DNA of 64,000 bases from an uncultured Actinomycetes bacterium. GTDB lineage: Bacteria; Actinomycetota; Thermoleophilia; RBG-16-64-13. The notes under the pieces are model-generated. The model was given only the letters and a program-made list of their open reading frames with translations, did not search any database and had not been told where the DNA came from. The first letter of the stretch is position 1, and each line of letters starts with the position of its first letter. Below are positions 10,711-21,862 of the stretch, piece by piece. Position numbers and translations under genes: made by a program. The DNA lies in assembly GCA_963706025.1 (NCBI GenBank), contig CAVPLM010000003.1, positions 288,001-352,000 on the forward strand, written 5' to 3'.

Positions 10711-11191
10711 TCAGATGAACAGGTTGACGTTCGCCTCGTCGGCTTCGCCGAGATAGGCGGCAACGCCCTCGTATTCGACGCCGTCGAGCAACTCTTCTTT
10801 TTTGAAGCCCATCATGTCCATGGTCATGGTGCATGCCACCAACTTGACGCCTTGCTCCCTGGCGCTCGCGAGCAGGTCTTCGAGCGGCATGGCGCCTTCC
10901 GCCTTCATGACTATCTTCATCATGGGGACGCCCATGCCGGCAGAAGTTCATCTTCGAAAGCTTCAACTTGCCGACGCCGCGAGGCATCATCTTGCCGAAC
11001 ATGACCTGCAGGAAGCTCTTTCCGGAGACCTTGATCTTCTCCGGCTTGCGGAGGAGGTTGAGGCCCCAGAAGGTGCAGAAGATGGTCACGTCGTCACCCA
11101 TGGCGGCGGCGCCATTGGCGATGATAAGGGCCGCCATCGCTTTGTCGAAGTCGCCGCTGAAAAGGATGATGGTCTTCTTGGTGGTGTCCAC
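10711..11191 (-). CDS. DsrE2-type (DsrE/DsrF/DrsH-like) sulfurtransferase, one frameshift
   Basis: IILFSGDFDKAMAA..FCTFWGLN joined to VACTMTMDMMG..GVAAYL. Confidence 0.88.
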
Positions 11192-11239
11192 TTCTCTTTC
11201 CTCCTCCTATACGGTTCTTCGACGTGTGATCCTGCGGAT

Positions 11240-12404
11240 CTAGGCGACCGGTTCGGTCTGGGTGTCGCCCGGCATACCCTCGGTCGCTGGCAGCGGCGCG
11301 ATCTGCTCACGCAGCACCGAGAAATACATGGCCAACGGGCGATAGGCCATGTGCGACCACTTGCTGAACGGGCACTTCCAGCCCAAGCATTGGGACCACC
11401 GCCATGAGATGCACGACATACGAGACGTTTGCGGCCACGTCGGCGCCCCACGGTGCAGCACGTGCTGTAGGATGCCCGTCGCCGCCACGATGATCAGGAG
11501 AACGAGGAACATCCAGTCGCTCTCGTGCGAGTGCCTGTAGTGCTCCTCCACCTTCTTGATCCGGCCGCGCAGCGCATAGATGGTCGCGCCCAGCAGCCCG
11601 ACGCTCGCCAGATAGCCAAACGCGTGCACACGCCAGTCGATCTCGGGACCGGACCACATGCGATCGAGGAAGAACATGATGAGCATGAGCATGGTCACGT
11701 AGCTGAGCATAAGCATCAGGTGCAGGATCCACGGCCGTTTCTGTTGCACTGCGCGTAGCGCTTCTGAGTCATGAAGTGGAGCGGGAAGAGATAGAGAGCC
11801 CTTGACGTACGCCAAGGGCGGTAGCCGCCCCGTGCGGGACCCGCCCACCGTGTCGCGCCCCAGCGTGAACCACCACATGCGGGCGCAGTTGGGAAGCAGA
11901 AAGGCAAGGAGAAAAGCCGCCAGGAGCCAGTCGAAGATGTGGATGGTGCTCGCCGGCAGGAAAGCGTCGGGCCCGTGTACTGGTGGATGTCGCCCTGGAG
12001 GAGGCCGAAAAGGTGAAACCAAGGCCGGTGAGGAGCGCCACCACCACCACGGCGATGATCTCGGTCTACGGGCGCCGGTAGAACATCCGGCCGATGCCGG
12101 TGAAGTCGTAGCGCGAGGTCAACCAGCGGCGCAGGCTCATCATGGTCTCGCCCGGTTGGGCCTCCCGCGGGCACTCCGTCGAGCACTCGCCGCAGTAGTA
12201 GCAGAGCCAGGGCTCGAGGCTGCTCTCGAGCTTCTTCTCCATGCCCATCTGGAGGGCGTGCATGCACTTGCGCGGGAAGTTGTACGACTGGTCGATGAGC
12301 GAGCAGGTCGCCGTGCAGTTACCGCAGTTGTAGCACTTCTGCACATCCTCGGCTCCGTAGAGAGCCAAGTCGTCGATGAAGCCGGGATTCACCCTGGTGG
12401 TCAT
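11240..12404 (-). CDS. HdrC/QmoC-like 2x[4Fe-4S] protein with a C-terminal membrane domain, frameshifted
   Basis: CYNCGNCTATC and CYYCGECSTECP, then hydrophobic helices ending PFSKWSHMAYRP. Confidence 0.82.
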
Positions 12405-12654
12405 GGTTCGTCTCTCTCGATCGCCTGGTATCGGAAGTAGCCCTCGTCGGTGACCTCTTTGACCTCGCGCCACGTAGCCGTATTTGCGCATGCCCATCAC
12501 CCAGAAGGTCACCTCGAAGGTGGGCCTACCTAGGCCTTCCGCGATCTCGGGGATGGTAAGGGGCTCGGTCGGCGAGCAGCCTCAGGATGCGGCCCCGCAT
12601 GAGGTGCTCGTCACGGATGACCTCGCGGACCTCGCGGTTCTGGGAGCGGCTCAT
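12401..12654 (-). CDS. Small winged-helix-like protein within the hdr operon, frameshifted
   Basis: Rebuilt sequence MSRSQNREVREVIRDEHLMRGRIL..LTIPEIAEGLGRPTFEVTFWVMGMRKYGYV. Confidence 0.6.
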
Positions 12655-12681
12655 GCCGGCGACGCCTGGCATCGGTAGCGC

Positions 12682-14515
12682 TCATGCCGGTACCTCCGCC
12701 GGCTCCTCCGTCCAGCAGGCCGTCGATCATGGCCCGGATCTGCGCGTCGGTGTAGCCCTCCAGGTCGATGGCGTCCTTGGGGCAGACCGGCACGCAGCCC
12801 CCGCAGCCCTTGCAGGCGGTCTTGTCGATGAAGGCGACGGCCTTGCCGTTCTCGTCGATCTGCCGCGGCGCTTCGTAGGGGCAGGCCTCCAGACAGAGGC
12901 CGCACCAGGTGCAGTCGTCGGTGTCGACCATGGCGACCAGCGGGTCCAGTTCCGCATAACCGCGCTTGAGGATGGAGGCGCTCTGGGTCACCGCGGCTAG
13001 GCCCGAGGCCACGGCTTCGGCGGAGTTCCTCGGGCCTGGCAGGCGCCGCAGATGTACACGCCGTCGACCACGGTCTCGACCGGGCGCAGCTTCGGATGGA
13101 TCTCGTTGAAGAAACCGCCTCTACCCACCGGCAGCTTGAGGGTCTTGATCAGCTCCGTCGTTGGCCCGCGGCACCATGCCGGTGACCAGGACCACGAGGT
13201 CGGCCGGGATCTCCACCTCTTCGCCCTCGCTCGAGAAGGTCGCGGGTGGTCACGAGCAGCTTTCCGCTCTCCGGGTCGCGCGCGCACCGCCGGCGGCTCG
13301 TCGTCGGGCACCTTGACGATAGACAGAGCCCTTGTTCAGGGACTCGTCGTAGAGCAACTCGTACTTGCCGTAGGTCCGTACGTCGCGGTGCAGGTGGTAT
13401 TGGTGCACCTTTCCCGGTTTGGCCGCCACCTGAGTGAGGCGTGCACGGCCGCGGTGCAGCAGTAGCGGGAGCAGTACTCGTTGGGCGCTCTCCACGTCGG
13501 CATCCTGCCGGCTCCCGACGCAGTAGATGTAGGCCATGGTCCCGACCGGCTTCCCGCCGATACTGAAGGGACCCTCTCTCTACGTCGACGAGCCGCTTGA
13601 ACTCGGGGAGCGTGACCACGCCATCGAGGCCGTAGCCGAACTCATCCTCGGCTACCTGGTAGGCGTCGAAGCCCGTGGCCACGATGATCGAGCCCGACCT
13701 GCACCGTGATGGTCTCGGGTCGCCGGCGTTCTCCGCCGGCTTCTCGCGGCTCACCTGTATAGGCGACCTCGTAATTGCCGAAACTGCCCGGCCTTGCCGA
13801 CCACCTCGGCATTCGTGAACACGGTGATGTCGGGGTGCTCGCGGACCTTGTCCATCAACCGGCCGATCAGCTCTCGGCCGTTCTTGCCGTGCGGGTACAT
13901 CTCTCCGAAGCCGCCCGCCCAGCCGCCGAGCTGCTCTTCCTTCTCCACGAGAAAGACGGCCAGCCCGATCTCGGCCAAACCCAGGGCGGCCCTCAGACCG
14001 GCTATGCCGCCCCCGATCACCACCGCCTTCGGGACCGTCTCGACGACGATCGGCTCGAGAGGAACGGTGAGGCGGGTGCGGCCGATGCCGGCCTTCACCA
14101 GCTGGGAGGCCTTGCGGGTGGCGCCTTGGTAGTCGTCGGTATGCGTCCAGGAGCATTGCTCCCGGACGTTCACCTGGGTGTATTGGTAGGGGCTGAGCCC
14201 GGCCCGCTTCGCGACTTCCCGGAAGGTGAAGGTGTGCAGCTTTGGCGAGCACGAAGCCACCACGATGCCATCGAGGTTCTGCTCCTTGATGTCCTTGATG
14301 ATCTCCTGCTGGCTGGCGTCGGAGCAGGTGAACATGGCCGTCTTGGCCACGACCACGTCGGGATCGGACTGGACGGAGGCCACCACTTTGTCCACGTCCA
14401 CATAGTCGGAGATGTTGCCCCCGCAGTGGCAGACGTAGACCCCGATGCGCCGCTTGCCGCCGGTCGTCGCTTGGCCTGCTGCGTCGCCGGCCATCGCGGT
14501 GTCGCTCGCGCTCAT
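12682..14515 (-). CDS. hdrA: HdrA-family FAD/[4Fe-4S] protein, several frameshifts
   Basis: IGVYVCHCGGNIS, VVASCSP, VNVREQCSW, VIGGGIAG, YCVGSR, EIHPKLRPVET, and C-terminal ferredoxin CTWCGLC/CKGCGGC. Confidence 0.88.
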
Positions 14516-14539
14516 CGCGCCGTTGGTGCTCGGCGTCGG

Positions 14540-17229
14540 TCATGGCGCCACCCTCGCCTTCTCGAGGTGAGCCGCGGCTTGAGCCACTGCGGCGCCCGCG
14601 TGAAGGATGGAGTCGGGGATGTCCTTGACCCCGGAAGCGGAGCCCGCGACGTAGACGCCGGGGATGTTAGTCGCCCCGGGGTTCAGGTCCTCCTCCGGCT
14701 CTCCCACGTAGAAGTAGTCGTCCAACTCCAGCTCGCCATCGGGGAAGAGCCGACGCAAGCCGTCGCTGGGGCGGACGCCGACCGCAAGCACGACGAGGTC
14801 GTGCTCGGCCTCGACTGAGCGCCCCGTTTTCGATGTCCTCGTAGCGCAGGACCAGGTTCCCATCCTCCTTCTCCGTGATCTCGGCCACGCGACCCTTAAC
14901 GAAGTTGGCCCCCATGGCCTTGGCCTGCTCGTAGAACTCGTTGTAGCCCTTGCCGACCGCGCGGATATCCATGTAGTACACGGTGACGTCTGCCAGCGGT
15001 AGGGCCCCCATGATCAATTGGTTCTGCTTGATCGAGTACATGCAGCAGATGCGCGAGCAGAGCGGGTTGTCCACCGTCTCGTCGCGGGAGCCGGTGCAGA
15101 GGATGTAGGCTATGCTGTCGGGCACTTTGCCGTCCCCCGGTCGCAGGACGCCGTTGTAGGGGCGGGTGGGAGCCAGGAGTCGGTCCATCTGCATCCCGGT
15201 GATGACGTTCTTGTACTTGCCATAGCCGTATTGCGGCTTCAGGTCGGCCGGGAAGAGCGTGTAGCCGGTGGCCACGATGACCGTGTCCACCTCGGCCTCC
15301 GATCTCGCTTCCCTGCATGTCCAGATGGATACACTCGGGCGGGCAGATCTTGACGCACTGCTGGCATTCGGAGCACACCCCGCAGTCCAGGCAGCGGCTC
15401 GCGCTCTGGAGCGCCTCTTCTTCGGTCATGGTCTGCTCGTCCGGGTAGAACTCGCCCGGCGACCAGTTTCCCGGTCTCGCGTTGGAGCCGGCGGCTCGAT
15501 CCGGCTGTAGGTCGATTGCCTCGCCAGAACTGTCTCCTTGTCCACGGTCGGGAGCGTGCCGTCGAACAGGGCAGGGTCGAAGAGCCTGTCCTTGGAGCCA
15601 GCGATCGAGCATGAAAGCCGCCCGGCGGCCTTGCCCCGCGGCTGATGTGATCATCGAGGGCCCCAGAACGACGTCACCTGCCGCGAACACGTAAGGCACG
15701 CTGGTTTGCAGCGTCCCTTCGTCAGCTTGAATGGTGCCGCTGCTGTTCACGGGCAGCCCGAATGCGCCGGAATCCGGCCTCATGCCGGCGGCGACGATCA
15801 CCGCGTCACAGGTCAAGCTCCCCGCGGTGCCGTCAGCGTACTTCGGGCTGAACCGTCCTTTGTCGTCGTAGACCGATACGCAACGCATGAGATCGACGCT
15901 GCGCACTGAATCCTCGCCCCCGAAGGCGCGCACTCCGCACGAGTTCTTGAAGGTGACTCCTTCGGCTCGTGCCTCTTCGACCTCTTGCGGGTGAGCAGGC
16001 ATCTCCTGGAGCGATTCGAGACTGAGCTGCTGGACAGATCGAGCGCCATGTCGTAGCGCAGTACGGGCGACGTCGATGGCGACGTTGCCGCCGCCGATCA
16101 CCACGACCCGCTTGTCCTGCACGTCGAGTTCTTCGCCGAGTTTGGCGGCCTTCAGGAAATCGGCGGCGCGCATGACGCCGGGCAGATCCTCCCCGGGGAC
16201 CCGCAGCCTGGTGGCCTGATGGGTGCCTATGGCAAGGAGCACGGCATCGTAGCCCTCAGCCTTCAGGGCCTCGAGGTCGTCCACACGGGAATCGGTCAGG
16301 ATAGTCACGCCAAGGTCGGTGACGTTGGCCACGTCTTCGTCCACGACTTCGTTCGGTAGGCGATAGGGAGGCAGAGCCAAGCGCAGCATGCCGCCGGGCT
16401 GGGATGCCGCCTCGAGTATCGTGACCTCGTACCCCTTGCGCGCCAGATGCCAAGCCGCCGTCAGACCGGCCGGTCCGGATCCCACTATCGCCACCTTCTT
16501 GCCGTTGGGAGGAGCGACCTCCACCGGAGTTCTGTCTTTGGCGTAGTGGGTGTCGGCGATGAATCGCTTCAGCCTGCGGATGGAGAGCGAGCCTTCCAAG
16601 CTGCCGCGGGTGCACTCCTCTTCACACGGCGCGTAGCAGGCTCGACCCAGGCTGCCGACCAGCGGCGTGGCCTCACATACGAGTTCGAAAGCCTTCTCAT
16701 ATTGACCGCTGCGGATAAGCGCTATGTAGCCGTGAGGTTTGATCCCTGCCGGACAGGAGGCCACGCAGGGTGACGTCCCCGCTCGTTCGATCACGGCCTT
16801 CTTCGGCACCGCTTGTGGGAAGGCGATGTAGGCCGCTCGCCGAGAGACCATATCGGCGTTGAACTCGTCCGGCACCGCCACGTTGCAGACCATCTCGCAC
16901 ATGCGGCACCCCGTGCACGCGACAATGTCGACAAACCGGGGCTTCTGACGGATCTTCGCCCGGAAACCGCCGTTCTCCCGCCGGATACCGTCGACCTCCG
17001 CGTACGTGAGGACCGTTACATTCGGATGGTGGATCGTGGCCCCCATCTTGGGAGTGGAGATGCAACTGGCGCAGTCGAGCGTGGGAAAGACCTTGCTGAG
17101 CAAGATCATCCTCCCCCCGACGCTCGCTTCCTTCTCGACGACCAGCACCTGGTAGCCCATGTCACCCAACTTCAGGGCCGACTCCATGCCACCGATGCCG
17201 CTACCGACCACCAAAGCGTCGTACTTCAT
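14540..17229 (-). CDS. HdrA-like protein with an inserted GltD/NAD(P)H-oxidoreductase module (HdrL type), frameshifted
   Basis: GSGIGG, KVFPTLDC, then CVASCPAG..GRACYAPCE, GSGPAG, VIGGGNVAID, FAAGD, returning to IVATGY..CTGSRD..CSRICCMYSIK. Confidence 0.88.
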
Positions 17230-17661
17230 GCCGCCTCCACTCCGGACGGCTTCCCTGAGGGGCCAAGTCCCGCGAGAGCAGCCGAGAACTCGCGCATGTA
17301 GTTGGTGAACGGCTCGGCGCAGACGGAGCAGATGGCCGCCATCTTCACACGCCTTGCGTCGTGACCCTGCTCCACGAGCAACGTCTGGGCGTCGGTCATG
17401 ATCTTGGCCGTCCGCTCGCTGCAGTCAGGGAGATAGGCGCACTCCTCGCCATCCGCGGCGATGAACACCCCGTCGAATCCCTGCTGGACGGCATAGAGTA
17501 TCCAGCCGGGCTTGATTCCACTCGTGCAGGGGACACTGATGACTACCACGGTAGGTGAGTAGTGCATGTGCGAGCTGCCGGCCAGGTCGATGCCCGGGTC
17601 GGAGATGTTGTTGGTCGAGAAGACCAGTATTTTCGGCGTGAAGCCCTCGCCTTCGGACCAC
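17226..17661 (-). CDS. MvhD/FlpD-like hydrogenase iron-sulfur subunit
   Basis: Read-through upstream of the listed ORF gives FTPKILVFSTNNISDPGIDLAG; also VPCTSG and GFDGVFIA. Confidence 0.82.
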
Positions 17662-17678
17662 TTCGGGGTCCCCGATGC

Positions 17679-17951
17679 CTACTTCATTTTCCTGACGAAC
17701 AGCTTCATATAGCCGGGCTCTTCAACGAAACCCAGATACTCGTGCCCCACCTTCTTGGCCCAGGCAGGCAGGTCCTTCTGGGTGCCCGAGTCGGTGGCGA
17801 GGACTTCCATGATCTCCCCTACCTTGACATCGGCCATGCCCTTTTTGGCCGCCAAGATCGGGCCGGGGCAGGAGGTGCCTCGAGCGTCCACGACCTTCTG
17901 GCCCTGAAGTGAGCTGAGGTCGGTTGCTGCGGCGCCGGGCTCTGTGGTCAT
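17679..17951 (-). CDS. tusA: TusA-family sulfur carrier protein
   Basis: VDARGTSCPGP motif and EVLATD. Confidence 0.9.
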   Translation of the reverse strand: MTTEPGAAATDLSSLQGQKVVDARGTSCPGPILAAKKGMADVKVGEIMEVLATDSGTQKDLPAWAKKVGHEYLGFVEEPGYMKLFVRKMK

Positions 17952-17991
17952 TTCTTCTCTCCTTTGCGAGACGAGTTTTGTTCTGGATGCG

Positions 17992-18420
17992 CTAGTGCTG
18001 ACTGCGATCTCCCGGGCGCTCTGAGCTGGGAGCGTCCAGCAGTTCTGCGGCGAGAAGGGATTGGCCCTCCTCGCGATGCTGCTCGAACAAGGCCTGGCGG
18101 ATGAGCGTGCACGCCTGGATGAACTTCGGGTTCGCGATCGAGTAGTAGACTGTCTGGCCATCCTTGCGCGAGCGGACAAGCTGCCGCTGCCTCAGGATGC
18201 GCAAGTGCTGGGAGGCATTGTGTACTGAGATGTCGAGGCCCACCGCGATCTCACCCACGGACCTTTCACCCTCTCTGAGCGCGTACATGATCGCCAAGCG
18301 ATGCTCGTTAGCCAGCGCTTTGCAGAGTTCGGCATGCATGGCAAAGAAGGATCGGGGATCGGGAGACGACGTCCCGCCGTTGTCACCGCCGTAGTTATTG
18401 CTGTCATCCTGTATTTGCAT
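17992..18420 (-). CDS. ArsR/SmtB-family transcriptional regulator
   Basis: CKALANEHRLAI, SQHLRILR and RKDGQTVYYS. Confidence 0.9.
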   Translation of the reverse strand: MQIQDDSNNYGGDNGGTSSPDPRSFFAMHAELCKALANEHRLAIMYALREGERSVGEIAVGLDISVHNASQHLRILRQRQLVRSRKDGQTVYYSIANPKFIQACTLIRQALFEQHREEGQSLLAAELLDAPSSERPGDRSQH

Positions 18421-18427
18421 GTTTGCT

Positions 18428-18456
18428 TATATACTTGATCAGAAGCCTGGTGTCAA
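18428..18456 (-). promoter_or_regulatory. Sigma70-type promoter of the arsR-hdr operon, probably leaderless
   Basis: Minus strand TTGACA-17 bp-TATATA, with the ATG 7 nt after the -10 box. Confidence 0.65.
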
Positions 18457-18795
18457 GTTCAGGTGTCTCTCATAGGATTCTGGTTATCGCATGAGCCCCT
18501 CGATTCGTCCCGACGACAACGGGCTCGAGGCTCGGTTGAGTCTATTGACAAGCGAGCCTCTGCGTCCTAGTGTTGGGCGCGCTGACTATGCAGCTTTCTG
18601 ATGCATGTCGGTAGGGAGCCGAGTCCTGAGGGGGCGAGGTACTTTGTGCTGCGGCTGGATGGGCCTGCTTTCGGCGAACCGCCGGATCACAGGAACAGCG
18701 AGCGAGCCGCAGCTTGAGTATCGAACGATCGTTCCGCCGCCTGACCGGCTTTCATACCTTATGCGGGCGCGCCCGAGACTGGAGAGGAGACAGGG

Positions 18796-21729
18796 ATGGG
18801 TAGTAGGACGTTACGCTTGCTGCTGATCATCAGTGTGCTGGCCGCGCTGCTGGTGCTGGTGGTCGGAGGGGCAGCCATCGCAGTGCAGAAGGCCGGTGGC
18901 GGCGGGGCGGCCCCGACGGATATCGCCCAGGCGGTCAGATCCCTCGGTATGTTCAGCGATTCAAAGTGGACCGCTCACTACCGGGCGCCGCGGGAGGAAC
19001 AGATCGAGCTGCTCCTCAAGCTTGAGGGCATCTCCCTGGCCGGTCCGGAGATGAAAGCTGCTGCCGTCCAGGTGTTCCGGCAGGAATGGGCTAAGCGCAA
19101 TCCCACGACCCCGAACCCCAAGAAACTACGGCAGTTGCTGGAAGGCGAGTGCTCGCACAAGCCCGCCCCGTGGACTGGGCCTCAGATCATGAGCCTGGCA
19201 GTACCGGTGGAGTTCCCCAACAGCGAGACATTCGATTGGTACGGGACGCCTATCACCGGCGTAGGCCCACTTCACAACCAGATCCCGGCTCCCGGCCCGC
19301 GTGACAACAACACCGTCTGGTATGACAATGCGACGCCGAAGCTGTACAACGAACTGTATTTCGGCGTAGGACCGAAAGCCGGCGTGATCATCAAGCACCC
19401 GAATCTGGGCACGGTAGACCTGCGCGGCAGCACCATGGCCAACTACTACCTCGAGCAATCCGAGGGTAGGTTCGTGCCCAAGGGCGAGGTTTATCCCAAG
19501 TGGCTGCAGGCCGCGCACCCCGAAGCCTGGTACGGCGCCGACAACGAGAGCGGGAGCAACAACAACATTCGCGCTGCGGACCTGGTGCGGGAGGCCGTGG
19601 ATGCGATAAATGCGGACGACCCGAACTTCCCGTGGCAGAACTACGATGGCAACGCTGACGGCGTCGTGGACAACTTCACCGTCATCCATGCCGGCATGGG
19701 CCAGGAGGGGGGCGGTGGCCAGCAGGGTGAGTTCGCCATCTGGTCGCACGCGTCTGCCATCGACTACCCGAGCGGCAAGCTTGCCTGCGCCGCTGGGACG
19801 CACGGCGCCACCCGCGATATCTACGTGCGCGAATACAGCATGGACCCGGAGAACCTGGACGTGGGCGTCATCGCCGAGGAGTTCGGCCATGCGGCCTTCG
19901 GCCTGCCCGACATCTACACCACCGATGCCCAGGCCTCGCCTTCCAACTGGGCGATCTTCGAGTCCGGCTCGTGGAACGGCCCGCTGGGCGGCATGCAGCC
20001 CGCGCCGTTCCCGCTTGTCTTCCGCTATCTCATCGGCTGGGCCAAACCGGTCGAGCTTGACTACACCACCAGAGCGACCACCGCCAAGGTCGGCCAGCTC
20101 TCGCTCCGTCCGAGCAACACCCAGCAGGGGATCAAGATCAACCTGCCGGACCAGGTGCTCGATACGCCCAATCCGTTGGGCACAGGACAGGCCTGGTGGT
20201 CCGACCAGGCCGACCTGGCGGACTTCTACCTGGCCCACGACTTCGACCTGACGGCAGCCACAGCGCCGGTCTTCTCCTTCGCCAGCTCCTGGAGTTTTGA
20301 GCAGGATTATGACTACGGCTATTTCGAGGTCTCTGACGATGGCGGAGCCAACTGGACCAAGCTGCCGGACATGGACGGGGTCTTTGTGGACGATGGCATG
20401 GGCAATCTGGGTGTGAATGGCGAGGGCCAGGGCACCCTGTACTTCGACCTGAGTGCCTACGCCGGCAAGACGATCACGCTGCGCCTGCATTACACCAGCG
20501 ACGTCGGCGTGCAGTGGGCCGGCTGGTTTGCGGACGACTTCTCGCTTGTAGACGGCGCAGCCACGCTGTTCTCCGACGACGTGGAGAACCCACCCAACGG
20601 CTGGACGACCAATCACTTCGTGATCGTGCCGCTGACCCGGATCTACCCGCTCTACTACATGGCGGAATGGCGGAACAGCAGTGGCTTCGACCGCGGCCTG
20701 AAGTATCCCTATACGACGATCTACAGCAACGATGCGACGACCGAGTGGCAGGTCGATCGCTGCCCGTACACGGTGCCAGGCATGCTGCTGTGGCTGAGGA
20801 ACGCGGCTCAGGGTTACGACTACACTCTCTACAACTCCTTGTACGATCCGCCCAGCTTCGGCCCGAAACACGCTCTGCTGATCGTCGACAGCCACTATTG
20901 GCCCCTGGAGTGGGAAGACATGGGCACGACCGGCGTGCACCTGCGGTTGAACTCTCGGGCCCAACCGGGCAACGCCACGTTCACCCTGCAGAACACCACA
21001 CCGTTCACCGCGCGCCGGGCAGACGCGGAAGGCAATATCTTGGAGACCAAGACGTTCTCACCTTTGCCACCCGTGTCGCAATTCCACGACTCGCTGGGCT
21101 ACTACCCCGGCCTGAGGTATCACTTCGACCCTGATCCCGACAACGAAGGCCTGTACTTCTGGGATGCCGTCGCGGGCCTCGTGGTGCCGGCCCAGGATAG
21201 CTACACGACCGGGATCACGTGGGATGACAAGACCCCGGCGACGGATTTCTACGGGATTGACCTAGGCGACACGATTCTCGGCTCGGGCAACCCCGGCGAT
21301 GATGGGGTGCAGTACGGCGTGAACATCGCGCTGCTCGACAAGGCCAACGACGGAAGCTGGGGCAAAATAGCGGTCTGGAATGCGACCAAGCTGGTTAGTC
21401 TGAATATGAAGGCGAACAAGGCCAGGGTTTCGGCCGGGCAGACGCTGACCTACCAGCTCAGGGTGTGGAACCTCGGTCCCGCCCACCAGCCCTTCAGCGT
21501 CAGCGACGTGCTCCCCAAGAACACCACCTTCGTGAGTGGGAAGTACTACAATCCGGCGACTAAGAGCATCGAATGGACGGGGACAGTCGACCCGAACAAG
21601 TCGAAGACGATCGAGTTCACGGTCAAGGTGAACGCCGGAACGCTGCGTGGAACCGTTATCAAGAACGAAGCGACACTCTACGACGACATCTCTGCATCGA
21701 CCGCCTCGGCGAAAACTACGGTGAAGTGA
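18796..21729 (+). CDS. Secreted immune inhibitor A-like (peptidase M6) protein with a C-terminal DUF11-like domain
   Basis: Signal peptide, IHAGMGQEGGGG, IWSH, EEFGH..GLPD, FEQDYDYGY and YMAEWRN. Confidence 0.87.
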   Translation: MGSRTLRLLLIISVLAALLVLVVGGAAIAVQKAGGGGAAPTDIAQAVRSLGMFSDSKWTAHYRAPREEQIELLLKLEGISLAGPEMKAAAVQVFRQEWAKRNPTTPNPKKLRQLLEGECSHKPAPWTGPQIMSLAVPVEFPNSETFDWYGTPITGVGPLHNQIPAPGPRDNNTVWYDNATPKLYNELYFGVGPKAGVIIKHPNLGTVDLRGSTMANYYLEQSEGRFVPKGEVYPKWLQAAHPEAWYGADNESGSNNNIRAADLVREAVDAINADDPNFPWQNYDGNADGVVDNFTVIHAGMGQEGGGGQQGEFAIWSHASAIDYPSGKLACAAGTHGATRDIYVREYSMDPENLDVGVIAEEFGHAAFGLPDIYTTDAQASPSNWAIFESGSWNGPLGGMQPAPFPLVFRYLIGWAKPVELDYTTRATTAKVGQLSLRPSNTQQGIKINLPDQVLDTPNPLGTGQAWWSDQADLADFYLAHDFDLTAATAPVFSFASSWSFEQDYDYGYFEVSDDGGANWTKLPDMDGVFVDDGMGNLGVNGEGQGTLYFDLSAYAGKTITLRLHYTSDVGVQWAGWFADDFSLVDGAATLFSDDVENPPNGWTTNHFVIVPLTRIYPLYYMAEWRNSSGFDRGLKYPYTTIYSNDATTEWQVDRCPYTVPGMLLWLRNAAQGYDYTLYNSLYDPPSFGPKHALLIVDSHYWPLEWEDMGTTGVHLRLNSRAQPGNATFTLQNTTPFTARRADAEGNILETKTFSPLPPVSQFHDSLGYYPGLRYHFDPDPDNEGLYFWDAVAGLVVPAQDSYTTGITWDDKTPATDFYGIDLGDTILGSGNPGDDGVQYGVNIALLDKANDGSWGKIAVWNATKLVSLNMKANKARVSAGQTLTYQLRVWNLGPAHQPFSVSDVLPKNTTFVSGKYYNPATKSIEWTGTVDPNKSKTIEFTVKVNAGTLRGTVIKNEATLYDDISASTASAKTTVK

Positions 21730-21782
21730 TGTTCCTACGTGCGGGGTGAACCGCAGTAGGTAACGAAAGCTCTGGTCTGCAT

Positions 21783-21812
21783 GAGTGGCCGGCACCTAGG
21801 TGCCGGCCACTC
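21783..21812. terminator. Perfect 30-bp palindrome between convergent genes
   Basis: GAGTGGCCGGCACCT/AGGTGCCGGCCACTC. Confidence 0.7.
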
Positions 21813-21862
21813 CCTTGTGTGCGATGAAGCGTGGCCCGGTTCCGCACCGTTGGGCTCGGGCG

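Noticed and set aside
10711-17661. Mass pseudogenisation or programmed frameshifting of the hdr operon (also 41.2-48.3 kb)
   Set aside because: The breaks are scattered single-base indels, with motifs intact and no in-frame nonsense decay noticed, which fits sequencing error. Read-level polishing is needed to be sure.
12682-17661. Selenocysteine (UGA) recoding in HdrA/MvhD, given the nearby tRNA-Sec
   Set aside because: The motifs I checked use Cys or other sense codons, and the ORF breaks are frameshifts rather than in-frame TGA.
18546-18795. Long leader of the M6 protease with a GCTGCGGCT..AGCCGCAGC stem, a possible riboswitch
   Set aside because: No riboswitch consensus that I can recognise, and stems arise easily at this GC content. 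An Rfam/Infernal scan would be needed.
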